From sequence record PP761450.1: a DNA stretch of 64,000 nt. One strand, 5' to 3'. A program made the position numbers and the translations under genes. This stretch comes from Escherichia phage LHE287. The notes below the pieces were generated by a model. It was not told where the DNA came from. It saw nothing but the letters and a program-made list of their open reading frames with translations, and made no database searches. Numbering within the stretch: the stretch's first letter is position 1; every line of letters begins with the position of its first letter. Positions 36,797 to 46,015 of the stretch are shown here, piece after piece.

Positions 36797-38181
36797 TCGA
36801 AAACAGAGAGACCCAAGACGGTATTGTAACACCGTCAACAACATTTGACCTGAAGTATATGGCGATACTCCCTCATACACCCCAGGGTGGATCACCAACG
36901 CCATATGACCTGACGGCGTTGTTTGAGGAGTTCAATGTCTTCCAGGATCTGGGTCTTGAAGGGAAGTCATCTCCATCACTTACAGCCAATGTCTTGATAA
37001 AAGAGGGGTGGGACATTCTTGACACAATGCCTATCTTGGGTGGCGAAGAAGTTGTGGTGTCATTCAAGAGTCCGGCGGCCTCGGAATACACCACTCTCTC
37101 CCTGCGCGTAGCGCGTGTTGGGCGCGTAGCTGATGAGTCCAACAGCTCGTCCAAGAAAGCATTCTGGTTGCACATGGTGACCACCGATGCCTATAAGGAC
37201 AGCATGATCCGATGCTCCCTCGGTCTTGACGGTTCGTATTCTGACATGGCGAAGACAATCTTCAATCAGCTGGAGTCGCGCACCAAGTTCGAAGACATCG
37301 ACCCGTCATATGGAATTCAAGAGCGGTTCGCCACCCCTCTCTGGCCTGTGCTGCGATCTATTGATTATATGGCGAGCCGTTCTTATGACGAATTGTTCAT
37401 GCCATTCGTGTTCTATGAAGACTTCAATGGCTATCACTTCAAGAGCCTGACGACGTTGTTCAACCAGGGCAGCCAGTCATTGACAGCAGAAGAGAAGCAG
37501 GAACTAGCTCAGCAGAACAAGTTGTTCCGTGATCCTCAGGACGCGCCGCTCATGCAGGATAACAACTTCAACTCTGAGCGCTTTATGCGCACGATCATCA
37601 AGGCAGAGAAGAAGCTGGCGCGTGACCAGTTCATGGCAAACTACCGCGATGTCCTGGCGGTGAACGAGCGCGTCTACGACTTTGAGACCAAGACAGTCAC
37701 CCCAACACAGCGCATCTATACTGAGTGGTTTGCAGAGACGGCTCACCTTGATCCGTTCCCGATGTTCTCAGATGAATTCAATCGTCAGAACGTCCGTTAC
37801 ATTGAAGCCCAGCCGGATGGAGCGGAGCAGATTGATTATGCTCGTCGTGTTATCAACTTCAGTCTTGCCAGCACTGTGATGCGCGTGTTGCTCGTTGGTG
37901 ATAACCGCCTGAACGTCGGTCAGGTGTTCTACGTCGAAGACCAGTCCAACCGTCCTAAGAAGAACGAAAACTTGGCAGAGTTAAGTAAGCTATCGACAGG
38001 CCACTATATCGTGACCAAAGTGCGTCACAAGATTTCCCGCCTGACCAAAGATTATCAGTGCATCGCTGAGATTGCCAAGGACAGTTTGCTGGAGCAGGTG
38101 CTTCCACCTCAGACCAATCAGACAACTGCTTCCACCACTACTCCTCAGGCGATTGAGAAAGGCCAAGCACAGAAGGTTTAA
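36793..38181 (+). CDS. putative baseplate or tail structural protein (462 aa)
   Basis: Large ORF co-transcribed with the tape-measure-like gene; no motif recognised. Confidence 0.35.
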   Translation: MIENRETQDGIVTPSTTFDLKYMAILPHTPQGGSPTPYDLTALFEEFNVFQDLGLEGKSSPSLTANVLIKEGWDILDTMPILGGEEVVVSFKSPAASEYTTLSLRVARVGRVADESNSSSKKAFWLHMVTTDAYKDSMIRCSLGLDGSYSDMAKTIFNQLESRTKFEDIDPSYGIQERFATPLWPVLRSIDYMASRSYDELFMPFVFYEDFNGYHFKSLTTLFNQGSQSLTAEEKQELAQQNKLFRDPQDAPLMQDNNFNSERFMRTIIKAEKKLARDQFMANYRDVLAVNERVYDFETKTVTPTQRIYTEWFAETAHLDPFPMFSDEFNRQNVRYIEAQPDGAEQIDYARRVINFSLASTVMRVLLVGDNRLNVGQVFYVEDQSNRPKKNENLAELSKLSTGHYIVTKVRHKISRLTKDYQCIAEIAKDSLLEQVLPPQTNQTTASTTTPQAIEKGQAQKV

Positions 38182-38192
38182 CGAGGTGACCC

Positions 38193-40139
38193 ATGGCACA
38201 GGAAGCAACGAACAATGATGTTGTCAAAGTTCTAGACAAGATCAAGGCGGAGATGATGCAGCGCAAACAACTCCGCGCTCAGAATGAAACCAACAAACAG
38301 CTTGACCGGATGAACAAGAATCTGGCCAAGCTGGAATCTGCCACCAAACAGGGCACCAAGGCCGAGTCCAAGCCATTTGAAATCCGTATCCCGACAGTCA
38401 ATGAGATCGTCATGGGATTCGCTCGCATGTCTCCGATCTTCACCCGCGACTTCAGCGTATGGATGAAGGATACTGTCGATGTGGGTAACGAAGGCAATCG
38501 GGAACTGGAGAATATCGCAGGCAAGATTGACCGCCTCGGTGAGATCACCCGCATGCCAACAGATGACACGTCCCTAGAGTATCTTAACCTGATCTCAGAC
38601 CAGCTGAAGTCTGCCAATGATGACACCCTCAAGCGCATGGACGAGCAGAGTGTGTCTCTGGTCCGCGTGGGATCATTCTTGAACATGATCGACGGAGTGA
38701 TGATCGAGGTTCGTGACGATGTTGCTGAACTGAAAAAGAACTCCGATGCCACCCTTACTCGCTTGTCTAGCATTGAAAACAAGATTGGGCGCACGGGCGG
38801 TCATATCGTTGGAGTGCTGACACGCATCTTTGATGAAGACCAGAAGTGGCGTGAGAAGGACGAGATGCGCCGTGGGGAAACCGACAAAGAAACGGGTGGT
38901 CATCCTCAGGCGGGTTCTGTTATACCCAAAGACGATGACCAGAAAGACGATTCCTCCGGTATCGGGGCTGCTGTGGCGGCCATGCTTGGCCTGAATGCAC
39001 TGAAGGGCTTCTTGCTCAAGCCGTTCAAGATCATCGGTGGTGTTGTCGGGACTTTCCTCGGCATGTTCTCCAAGCTGGGAGAAGGTATCACCAAACTTCT
39101 GGGTCCATTTGGGAAGGTGTTCAAGTTCCTGAAAGTCGGCCCACTGGCTCTCCTGTCTATGATCTGGGACTTCGGTAAAGGCTTCATTGATGCGAAGGAG
39201 ATCCTGGGTAAAGGTGCTGTCACGATAGTTGACCGAGTACGGGCGGGGATATCAGAACTGGTTGGTGGATTTGGTGATCTATTTGACTGGGTGTCCAAGA
39301 TCTTTGGCTTTGATACCGAGGCGGGTGAAACCCTGCGCAAATACACCCTCATGATCACTGAGGCTCCCGCTCGTTGGCTGAATGGTATTATCGACTGGAT
39401 TAGCAACGACTTGTTTGCAGGGATCGGGAGAGACACGTCTCTTACGGATATCCCTGGCAAGTTAGCAGACAACCTACAGTCCGAGTTGATAAAGCTGGTA
39501 GACTGGATCACAGGGGGTATCAGTAGTGTGATCGACGAGGGCATGGGTGTGGCCAACAAGGTCATTGACGAAATCAAGAAGGGATTTGCCGAAAATGTGA
39601 AGAAACCTTTCTTCAACATGCTGAACACAATCACCAATGCGATGTTCGATATCGTTGACAAGTTCGTCAGCATCATCCCTGACGCTCTGGGTGGACAGGC
39701 TGCGAAGCAGAAGATGGATGAGGCTCGCCAGTCTATGCTGATTGACACTGATGAGAATCCGTCTCCTAATGTGACAGAGACCCAGCAGCCACAGACGCCA
39801 GCACAACCGAACATCGATCCACAAACGCTGACTCCAATACCTTCTGGTGCGTCTTCGGATGACAAGAATATGACTAATGACCGCACCTCTCAGCTGAAAG
39901 CTGCGTATGGTTCTATCGGGGGTGGTACTCTGGGTGGGGCCATGCCATCACAAGGGAGGGCGCTGTCTAATATTGAGCAAGTACAAGGCGGCTATTCACC
40001 GCCTCCGGCCAGCGTCGTGATGCCAGTACAGCAGAATGTGGATGCTTCTAAGAGGATCAACACGACCAATAACTTCAACAGCTCATATCTTGAGCCTGAG
40101 AACAAAACAGATAATTCCCGCATCCTGTGGGAATGGTAA
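38193..40139 (+). CDS. tail tape-measure-like protein (648 aa)
   Basis: N-terminal coiled coil; central Gly-rich hydrophobic stretch GIGAAVAAMLGLNALKGFLLKPFKIIGGVVGTFLGMF; GAGGTGA RBS. Confidence 0.35.
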   Translation: MAQEATNNDVVKVLDKIKAEMMQRKQLRAQNETNKQLDRMNKNLAKLESATKQGTKAESKPFEIRIPTVNEIVMGFARMSPIFTRDFSVWMKDTVDVGNEGNRELENIAGKIDRLGEITRMPTDDTSLEYLNLISDQLKSANDDTLKRMDEQSVSLVRVGSFLNMIDGVMIEVRDDVAELKKNSDATLTRLSSIENKIGRTGGHIVGVLTRIFDEDQKWREKDEMRRGETDKETGGHPQAGSVIPKDDDQKDDSSGIGAAVAAMLGLNALKGFLLKPFKIIGGVVGTFLGMFSKLGEGITKLLGPFGKVFKFLKVGPLALLSMIWDFGKGFIDAKEILGKGAVTIVDRVRAGISELVGGFGDLFDWVSKIFGFDTEAGETLRKYTLMITEAPARWLNGIIDWISNDLFAGIGRDTSLTDIPGKLADNLQSELIKLVDWITGGISSVIDEGMGVANKVIDEIKKGFAENVKKPFFNMLNTITNAMFDIVDKFVSIIPDALGGQAAKQKMDEARQSMLIDTDENPSPNVTETQQPQTPAQPNIDPQTLTPIPSGASSDDKNMTNDRTSQLKAAYGSIGGGTLGGAMPSQGRALSNIEQVQGGYSPPPASVVMPVQQNVDASKRINTTNNFNSSYLEPENKTDNSRILWEW

Positions 40140-40799
40140 TCAGACTCCGTGAGCTTGTATTAGCTCACGGAGTCTCTGTTTTGAATATGTGGTATCCTCA
40201 TCCGGAACCACAGCATTCGTCTTCCTGAGCAAGAACGCCTCTGAGTTCCAGTAGATGTCATCACGCAGAATCGTATCGTATAGATGAATGAAACCAACGA
40301 TCTTGTTCAGACCGACAAGGAACCAAATCGGGAACTTCTTGATGATGATGTCTGTCAGCAACGGTGGATGTCCTGTACCCGTCCCCTTGATGTACTCAAT
40401 GAAGGTGCAGTTGCGCTCCCTTATGGCAGGGATCATCTCCCGCTCGAACTCCTCAAGGAAGTTATATGTGAAGTTCTCGTACAGCTTACGGTATTCATCA
40501 TAATTGGCCTGAGCCTGGCGTGTAAGCAATGTCGTCACCCAGGTCTTGGGTGATTTGATGAAGTTGGCAATGATGTAGTTCTCTACCACTTCACCCTGTG
40601 ATGACTCGAACCGACGGGCAAGGCGAGCAAACTGTTTGCACACGGCCTCCTTCGCCAAGAACGTCTCGAACTTGTAATTCATCGGCCCATACAAGCTGTA
40701 ATCGAAGTCCTTAGTGGTGAAGTGCAGCTTGATCGCCATGAAGACACAGTAAACGTTGAACGCCCGCTCGAACTCCATCTTCTGCCACTCTGTTAGCAT
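40140..40799 (-). CDS. helicase-loader-like protein (T4 gp59-like)
   Basis: 219 aa against 217 aa for T4 gp59; recalled pattern similarity (Y-x-x-F-MAIK-x-H...KDFDY); GAGGA RBS; not verified by alignment. Confidence 0.35.
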   Translation of the reverse strand: MLTEWQKMEFERAFNVYCVFMAIKLHFTTKDFDYSLYGPMNYKFETFLAKEAVCKQFARLARRFESSQGEVVENYIIANFIKSPKTWVTTLLTRQAQANYDEYRKLYENFTYNFLEEFEREMIPAIRERNCTFIEYIKGTGTGHPPLLTDIIIKKFPIWFLVGLNKIVGFIHLYDTILRDDIYWNSEAFLLRKTNAVVPDEDTTYSKQRLRELIQAHGV

Positions 40800-41047
40800 T
40801 TGCGTTCCTCTTCTTTAATAAACTGCAATAACTCTTCCATCAGCCCTTTCTTCTTGATGAACTGTAACACCAGGATGAAGCGACGGAAGGAGCGGGGGAC
40901 AACACGATAACCCTTCGCCCAGTAGTTCACAACATTAGAACAATCCAATAAACGAGCCAGCCCAGATTGTGACACCCCGAGGCTCAGCAGAACCTTGTAC
41001 ATGTACTTCTTGTCATTTACCGGAAGCTCTTTCATTCTTAAACTCAT
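40793..41047 (-). CDS. XRE-family helix-turn-helix regulator (84 aa)
   Basis: HTH signature LSLGVSQSGLARLLDCSNVVNYWAKG. Confidence 0.5.
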   Translation of the reverse strand: MSLRMKELPVNDKKYMYKVLLSLGVSQSGLARLLDCSNVVNYWAKGYRVVPRSFRRFILVLQFIKKKGLMEELLQFIKEEERKC

Positions 41048-41270
41048 GATACTTGTCCGCTAATGTCTTGTAATATTTGTTAGGATTATACTCCTGTTTG
41101 GAATAGTGAAGAGTAAGGGAAGCACTCAGACCTAGGATAATCACGACAACGAGCGCCTTGTGGTTATTGATCTCGGGAATAGCTATCCACACCAGCAACA
41201 ACACAAGCGAGCTGATAATCAAGGACAGTAAGAACGTTAATGCAATCACCAATGCGAATAGCTCGTCCAT
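41013..41270 (-). CDS. small membrane protein (85 aa)
   Basis: Long hydrophobic N-terminal region; overlaps the start of the HTH gene by about 35 nt. Confidence 0.35.
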   Translation of the reverse strand: MDELFALVIALTFLLSLIISSLVLLLVWIAIPEINNHKALVVVIILGLSASLTLHYSKQEYNPNKYYKTLADKYHEFKNERASGK

Positions 41271-41274
41271 CAGA

Positions 41275-41496
41275 TCACACCTCTTTGTGATTCTTCATCT
41301 TGCGGACAGTGCCCACAAACCCAAGATCCTTCCCGCAATGGGTGCAGATAGCATGGCAAGCATGGTTCTCACGATAGGTGCTGTGTTTGCAGCGCCATTG
41401 CTTGAACGCCGAACGGGCAACTGGGATCAAGGCGATCAAGAAGACGATGCCGGATATCTGAAGTTCAACCAAGAACTTCGCCCACCAGAAACTCAT
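41275..41496 (-). CDS. small membrane protein with C-terminal Cys/His cluster
   Basis: Internal start chosen to avoid overlap with the ligase gene; TM helix FLVELQISGIVFLIALIPV and motif HACHAICTHCGKD. Confidence 0.3.
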   Translation of the reverse strand: MSFWWAKFLVELQISGIVFLIALIPVARSAFKQWRCKHSTYRENHACHAICTHCGKDLGFVGTVRKMKNHKEV

Positions 41497-41500
41497 ATAC

Positions 41501-42931
41501 TCACCCATTACCCTTCTCCAACAGGAATGTGATGTTTTCGATGTACGCTTTCTGTATCGCATAGACTTCATCCAGTGTGTTGGCCACTTTCTTGTCAATG
41601 CGGACTTCTACAAGGCGAGGTAGGAACAAAGACTTCATCGCATCATCGGTCTTATCCTGTACGCCATTGGAGAGCACTGCGGCGATCTTGCCAATGTAGT
41701 CGCCCTGGTTCTCCCACATATGGCGTCTCAGCTCATCTGAGATCCCTGATACGCCAACAACAAGCAGGCTGTCGGAAGTTTTACAAATCAGTGAGCCAAA
41801 AGTCTTGGCGTGTTTGCCTTTCTTGTCGGCCTCGTTGAATCCCACGATTTCAAGGTCACACTCAACCTCCATCTTCAGCTTCAGACCTTCAGAAGAAGTA
41901 CCATCTTCCCAAGGCATGTCGGCGGCCTTACATATCGTGCCTTCTTCTTTGCGAGCCAGCGCGTCTTTGAAGTGGTCGACGGCTTCGGCAAATGAGTGAA
42001 CAACGCGGGTTTCTTGAACCTGAACCAGACCGTCGTCTTCATCAAACAGTTGCTGGATGATATCGAAGCGGCGCTCATACGGGGTGTCCACGCGCTGGGC
42101 GTTGAACCAGTTGTCGTACGGGATAACATCCCACACCCGGTAGATTACCCGATAACGATCTTCCAGGGGTTCTCCTGTCTGAATCACGCTGTTGAGTTTA
42201 CCGTTACCGACAGCACGAGGCAGGATGGTATTCGACTTGAGGTCAACAACGAGAAGTTCACCATGGAACACACTCTCACCAATCCCCGCATCGTAGATCA
42301 GGTCTTTGAACACCAGTGAAAGGTTATCAACCGAACCACCTGCGATAAGGGAACCGGAGCGAGAGCGAATCTCAGGTTCTTTATTGTACCGACATATGAT
42401 GTTGGCGAACATACCGTCTGACTTCAGCTGGCTGTAGACGCCGCGCTTGAAGTCCATCTTCTTCAGCAGGTCAATCGTCATGTTGTCATAACGATGATAT
42501 GGAAGGATGTTGATCAGGCGTCCAGTGCCTCCGGCGGCGTTGAATGCAGCGTTGATACCCTTCTCTGCGATACCCGCCTTGATATCACGGTCTAGGATCA
42601 TCTGAATGAGTTCGTGGTATTGGGGATCCATCTTCAGGGCGACAGAGGCCAACAGGGCATCAGCCTTTTGGCCACCGACAAGGCGCTGCGCCATCTGGTC
42701 GAGGACGTCATAGACTTCGCTGATGTCATCAGTCTTCTCACGGACGAGCATGCGAGGGTACGCGCTGAGCTTCAACTCAGTCCGATAGAACGACGTCATT
42801 GGGTCATAGACATATTGCAGGAAGTCTGCCAAGTCTGGGTTATTCTTGAATGCTTCGGTCAGCACAGCTTTCTTCGCATTGCTGCCTTTGGTTTCGCGAA
42901 GTCGGTGGACTGTTTCAAGGATAGGGATCAT
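41501..42931 (-). CDS. 30: ATP-dependent DNA ligase (T4 gp30-like), 476 aa
   Basis: Adenylation motif SQLKSDGMF (KxDG); size matches T4 ligase; GGAGA RBS. Confidence 0.85.
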   Translation of the reverse strand: MIPILETVHRLRETKGSNAKKAVLTEAFKNNPDLADFLQYVYDPMTSFYRTELKLSAYPRMLVREKTDDISEVYDVLDQMAQRLVGGQKADALLASVALKMDPQYHELIQMILDRDIKAGIAEKGINAAFNAAGGTGRLINILPYHRYDNMTIDLLKKMDFKRGVYSQLKSDGMFANIICRYNKEPEIRSRSGSLIAGGSVDNLSLVFKDLIYDAGIGESVFHGELLVVDLKSNTILPRAVGNGKLNSVIQTGEPLEDRYRVIYRVWDVIPYDNWFNAQRVDTPYERRFDIIQQLFDEDDGLVQVQETRVVHSFAEAVDHFKDALARKEEGTICKAADMPWEDGTSSEGLKLKMEVECDLEIVGFNEADKKGKHAKTFGSLICKTSDSLLVVGVSGISDELRRHMWENQGDYIGKIAAVLSNGVQDKTDDAMKSLFLPRLVEVRIDKKVANTLDEVYAIQKAYIENITFLLEKGNG

Positions 42932-43044
42932 GTGGTGTCTCCAGGGTTATATGTGCTGCTATTATAACCCTGGGGACTTCAATAGATTATTGGCGGGTGT
43001 GAGATTTTGCCTGACCGATAATGAGGTCAGTGTGTAGTCCTCAG

Positions 43045-43386
43045 TTATTTCTTCGGAGGTTCAATTGAGGTGAAAGAATCCTTCCAACTCTTGAATTTTT
43101 CAACCAGAGCTTCTTTACCCAGCTCGTCATTTGACACGCTGTGAATATAGGCGAATGCTCCATAGCCGGATCCTGGCATAGCCTTGCAGATGCGCAGACT
43201 GACCAAAGAATCTCCTACGGAAACAAGATAGTGGTCACGACGATTGTTCAGGGCATAATGGTTGTCGTGAAACTTGTCAACAATAACACAGTTCTGAGGT
43301 TCGACGTCAATCGGTAGCCCGTTGGCTTCGGATCCGCCGCGCCCAAGCACGCAGCCTGGGAATAATGTTTCTACGAGTGTAGTCAT
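43045..43386 (-). CDS. hypothetical protein (113 aa)
   Basis: ATG-initiated ORF. Confidence 0.45.
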   Translation of the reverse strand: MTTLVETLFPGCVLGRGGSEANGLPIDVEPQNCVIVDKFHDNHYALNNRRDHYLVSVGDSLVSLRICKAMPGSGYGAFAYIHSVSNDELGKEALVEKFKSWKDSFTSIEPPKK

Positions 43387-43640
43387 AGTCTGTTCCTTCT
43401 GTAAGTTCCCATGTATTATATGGGTGAATAGTTTATTGAATTATTTGTTATGAAACCCAGAGCCTTGCGGACTTCTTCACGATTTTTAATTTCGGTCTGA
43501 GCCTCTGTGCGATTAATCTAGCGCTTGTGATGTCGGGAGAGGGCTTTGTAAACAAGCCTTGGCGTCAATGGCATCGATTAGACAACGGATCTCAGCGCAT
43601 CAGAGGCTTGCCCAACAGCCAGTTGAAATACTTGCGCATG

Positions 43641-43853
43641 TCACTTCCTCATCAGTGAGAGTAGGTTGACCGTAGCCGGACGCGCATCAGGGGCGTAGAA
43701 GACGTCCTGAGAGTGCCTCTTACAGCACGGGCAATCCTTCGTGGCGATTACACAGGGAGCCTTGTCCACGGCAAATCCAGCGGCTTCGGCTTCCTTCACA
43801 GTGGTGAATGGCATGTAGGCACTTGTACCCTGCCCTCCGCATGAACATTCCAT
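43641..43853 (-). CDS. small Cys-rich protein (about 70 aa)
   Basis: ECSCGG ... KDCPCCKRH; ATG start one codon inside the track start. Confidence 0.4.
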   Translation of the reverse strand: MECSCGGQGTSAYMPFTTVKEAEAAGFAVDKAPCVIATKDCPCCKRHSQDVFYAPDARPATVNLLSLMRK

Positions 43854-43969
43854 CAACGTTTCCTCTTAAAGGGGATGACCAGGGCTATGATGAGAAGCAT
43901 AGCTGTAATCATCCCACATGCTATCAGACCAAAGGCGAACGACTTCAGAACAAACTCAATCAAATTCAT
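43853..43969 (-). CDS. small hydrophobic peptide (38 aa), not in the ORF track
   Basis: MNLIEFVLKSFAFGLIACGMITAMLLIIALVIPFKRKR; GAGGAAATT RBS; ATGA and TGATG overlaps with both neighbours. Confidence 0.3.
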   Translation of the reverse strand: MNLIEFVLKSFAFGLIACGMITAMLLIIALVIPFKRKR

Positions 43970-45192
43970 AATTTCCTCAATTTGGCTCTAGTGACCTGAG
44001 TTTGTTTAACGCCGTTGTACTCAGTCAGTTCTTTGACACGACCACGGATGATCATATCGCCCTGCAAGAACTCTGTATCCATATAAGAGGTCTTCCAGGT
44101 AATTGTATTGCCTTCTGCTGTTTTGAAAGTAAACAGGTAACTATCACCATATTCATTGGAGAAGAGAAAGGTGCGCTTGTCGAACCTGACTTGCACTTCC
44201 AGCATTTCACCGACTTCACCCACCCATTTGTTCTCCGCCTTGCGGTCAGTACGAGGACGATGGATGTAATCGTAATACTTCTTGGCACCCCAGCGGACTG
44301 TGTTGTTATCCTTGATGAGGTGATAGCCGGGTTCACACATGCGTTTCAGGCGGACATTGAACTCATTGGATTCGGACAGCGCACTGATGAAGAGCTTCAT
44401 ATGGTACATTTCCGACTCGGCATCTTCACGGTATTCGTGTGCCTTGTTTACGAAATACTCTTCATCGGAACCTGCTTTTGGTTTCTGGTGAGACCGGACA
44501 TAGCCCAGTACTTTGTCAAACAGTTCAGACTTGATATCCACGCCTGCCAGCAACACTTGGAAGCATGCGCGCAGGTAACTGTGGGTGTCGGTGAAGCGCT
44601 CATTTTGGACGCGATATATACCCTCTGGGTCGTCCTCGTCTGGCATGAAGAACTCTTGGATTTCCAGATAGTAAGACATAATCGCGTCAAGGGACTTCTG
44701 ATGAGGCACATAATGATGCATACAGGTGCTACCAATCAGCATCTGGGTATGCGTTTCCTCATTTTCAATCACATACGTGTTCTTGCGACGGATGGCTAGA
44801 TTGCAATGCTGACACCAAGAGACGTTCTCTGTCTCGAAGCGACGGATGAAGTCAGGATTGATGTTGTCGGACAGGCGGTTAAGAATAACCTTTGGATATT
44901 CGTGATTGAACTGACCGATGATCTTCCAGCCACCATAAGAGATGGGGCGGTCAATGCCTTCGCCTTCGAGAGTAACAGGTTTCCACCAGTGAGTAAGGAT
45001 CTCACCAGTGAAGTCGCGGGTGTGGGTTTTGAAGGGTTCACCATAAGTCACGGTCGGAAACGGAACACCCAACCTTTCGGCAGTGCGCTCGAGCTTCTTC
45101 AGTCGCTCAACTACCAACCCTTCATTGTCGATCGGAATATTGAATGTTTTGACGTTCATTTCCAGCCTCATGATGTAGTTGTAACTCTTCAA
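43966..45192 (-). CDS. hypothetical protein (408 aa), possibly primase-related
   Basis: Lies where T4 places the primase gene after the helicase; has a Cys/His cluster (WCQHCN...STCMHH) but no clear TOPRIM motif. Confidence 0.3.
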   Translation of the reverse strand: MKSYNYIMRLEMNVKTFNIPIDNEGLVVERLKKLERTAERLGVPFPTVTYGEPFKTHTRDFTGEILTHWWKPVTLEGEGIDRPISYGGWKIIGQFNHEYPKVILNRLSDNINPDFIRRFETENVSWCQHCNLAIRRKNTYVIENEETHTQMLIGSTCMHHYVPHQKSLDAIMSYYLEIQEFFMPDEDDPEGIYRVQNERFTDTHSYLRACFQVLLAGVDIKSELFDKVLGYVRSHQKPKAGSDEEYFVNKAHEYREDAESEMYHMKLFISALSESNEFNVRLKRMCEPGYHLIKDNNTVRWGAKKYYDYIHRPRTDRKAENKWVGEVGEMLEVQVRFDKRTFLFSNEYGDSYLFTFKTAEGNTITWKTSYMDTEFLQGDMIIRGRVKELTEYNGVKQTQVTRAKLRKL

Positions 45193-45245
45193 TACAGATT
45201 AAATATTAGGCGATTATTTCTTGAAAGTAAAGTTATTGAAGTAAA

Positions 45246-45268
45246 AAGCCCAGTACTTGACTGGGCTT
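45246..45268 (-). terminator. rho-independent terminator for minus-strand transcripts
   Basis: AAGCCCAGT-acttg-ACTGGGCTT with a T-run on the minus strand. Confidence 0.6.
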
Positions 45269-45285
45269 CTTGGTGTTCGATTGAC

Positions 45286-45600
45286 TTATTCGCCACTGAC
45301 ATTCGGATCTCGATCGGGCTTGGCGTTCGGGAATAGAGACTCGTATAAGTCTTGATATTTCTCGCTCGTTTCGATCGTCTTATGGTAAGTTCCATTGGCG
45401 CGGTCGGATACAACCTTGCGCAAGTCGCTGGCCTTGATACCCGTGTCTTTCGCCAGCTCGGCCAGAGTCTCAGTGATGAAAGTCTGTTCCGACTTGATGC
45501 GGACCTGGGCAGCACGACAGTTTTCAATTGCACCTATCAGCTTGCGACGGGATTCAGGATCAGATGGTAGTACATAAAAGCCGATTTGTTCTACAGACAT
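45286..45600 (-). CDS. hypothetical protein (104 aa)
   Basis: ATG-initiated ORF. Confidence 0.45.
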   Translation of the reverse strand: MSVEQIGFYVLPSDPESRRKLIGAIENCRAAQVRIKSEQTFITETLAELAKDTGIKASDLRKVVSDRANGTYHKTIETSEKYQDLYESLFPNAKPDRDPNVSGE

Positions 45601-45615
45601 TTGGTGTTCCTCTTG

Positions 45616-45951
45616 TTAAGATCTCATGCCTTGTGGGATCAGATTAGTCCCGCAACGGCGTAAAAAGAAGTTTACGATTGAGTGATACTGGAACTTCGGG
45701 ATGATCTCTACACCATCTTCCGTCGTATACCATTCCACTGTGTTGGTGCGCACTGGAAGGGGAAATGACGGCAGATCCAGCTGTACGAGTTCACCCTCTT
45801 GGCATATCATACCAATTCCATATTCCTCCCAGATTTTACGATTGTTGAAGAACTCCAGAGTCTGCTCCGGACTCAGCTCAATCGCTTGTTTGGTGTGGCA
45901 CACCTGTTTGGCGGCCTGCACCAGGCCAGCCATAAAATCATTGTGTGACAT
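45616..45951 (-). CDS. hypothetical protein (111 aa)
   Basis: ATG with CAGGAG RBS; a TTCAATAAA box and TATAAT hexamer lie upstream on the minus strand. Confidence 0.45.
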   Translation of the reverse strand: MSHNDFMAGLVQAAKQVCHTKQAIELSPEQTLEFFNNRKIWEEYGIGMICQEGELVQLDLPSFPLPVRTNTVEWYTTEDGVEIIPKFQYHSIVNFFLRRCGTNLIPQGMRS

Positions 45952-46015
45952 GATGTGCTCCTGGTTTACATTCAGATCATAGAATTATACCCTATGACCC
46001 GCTTTATTGAATTGC

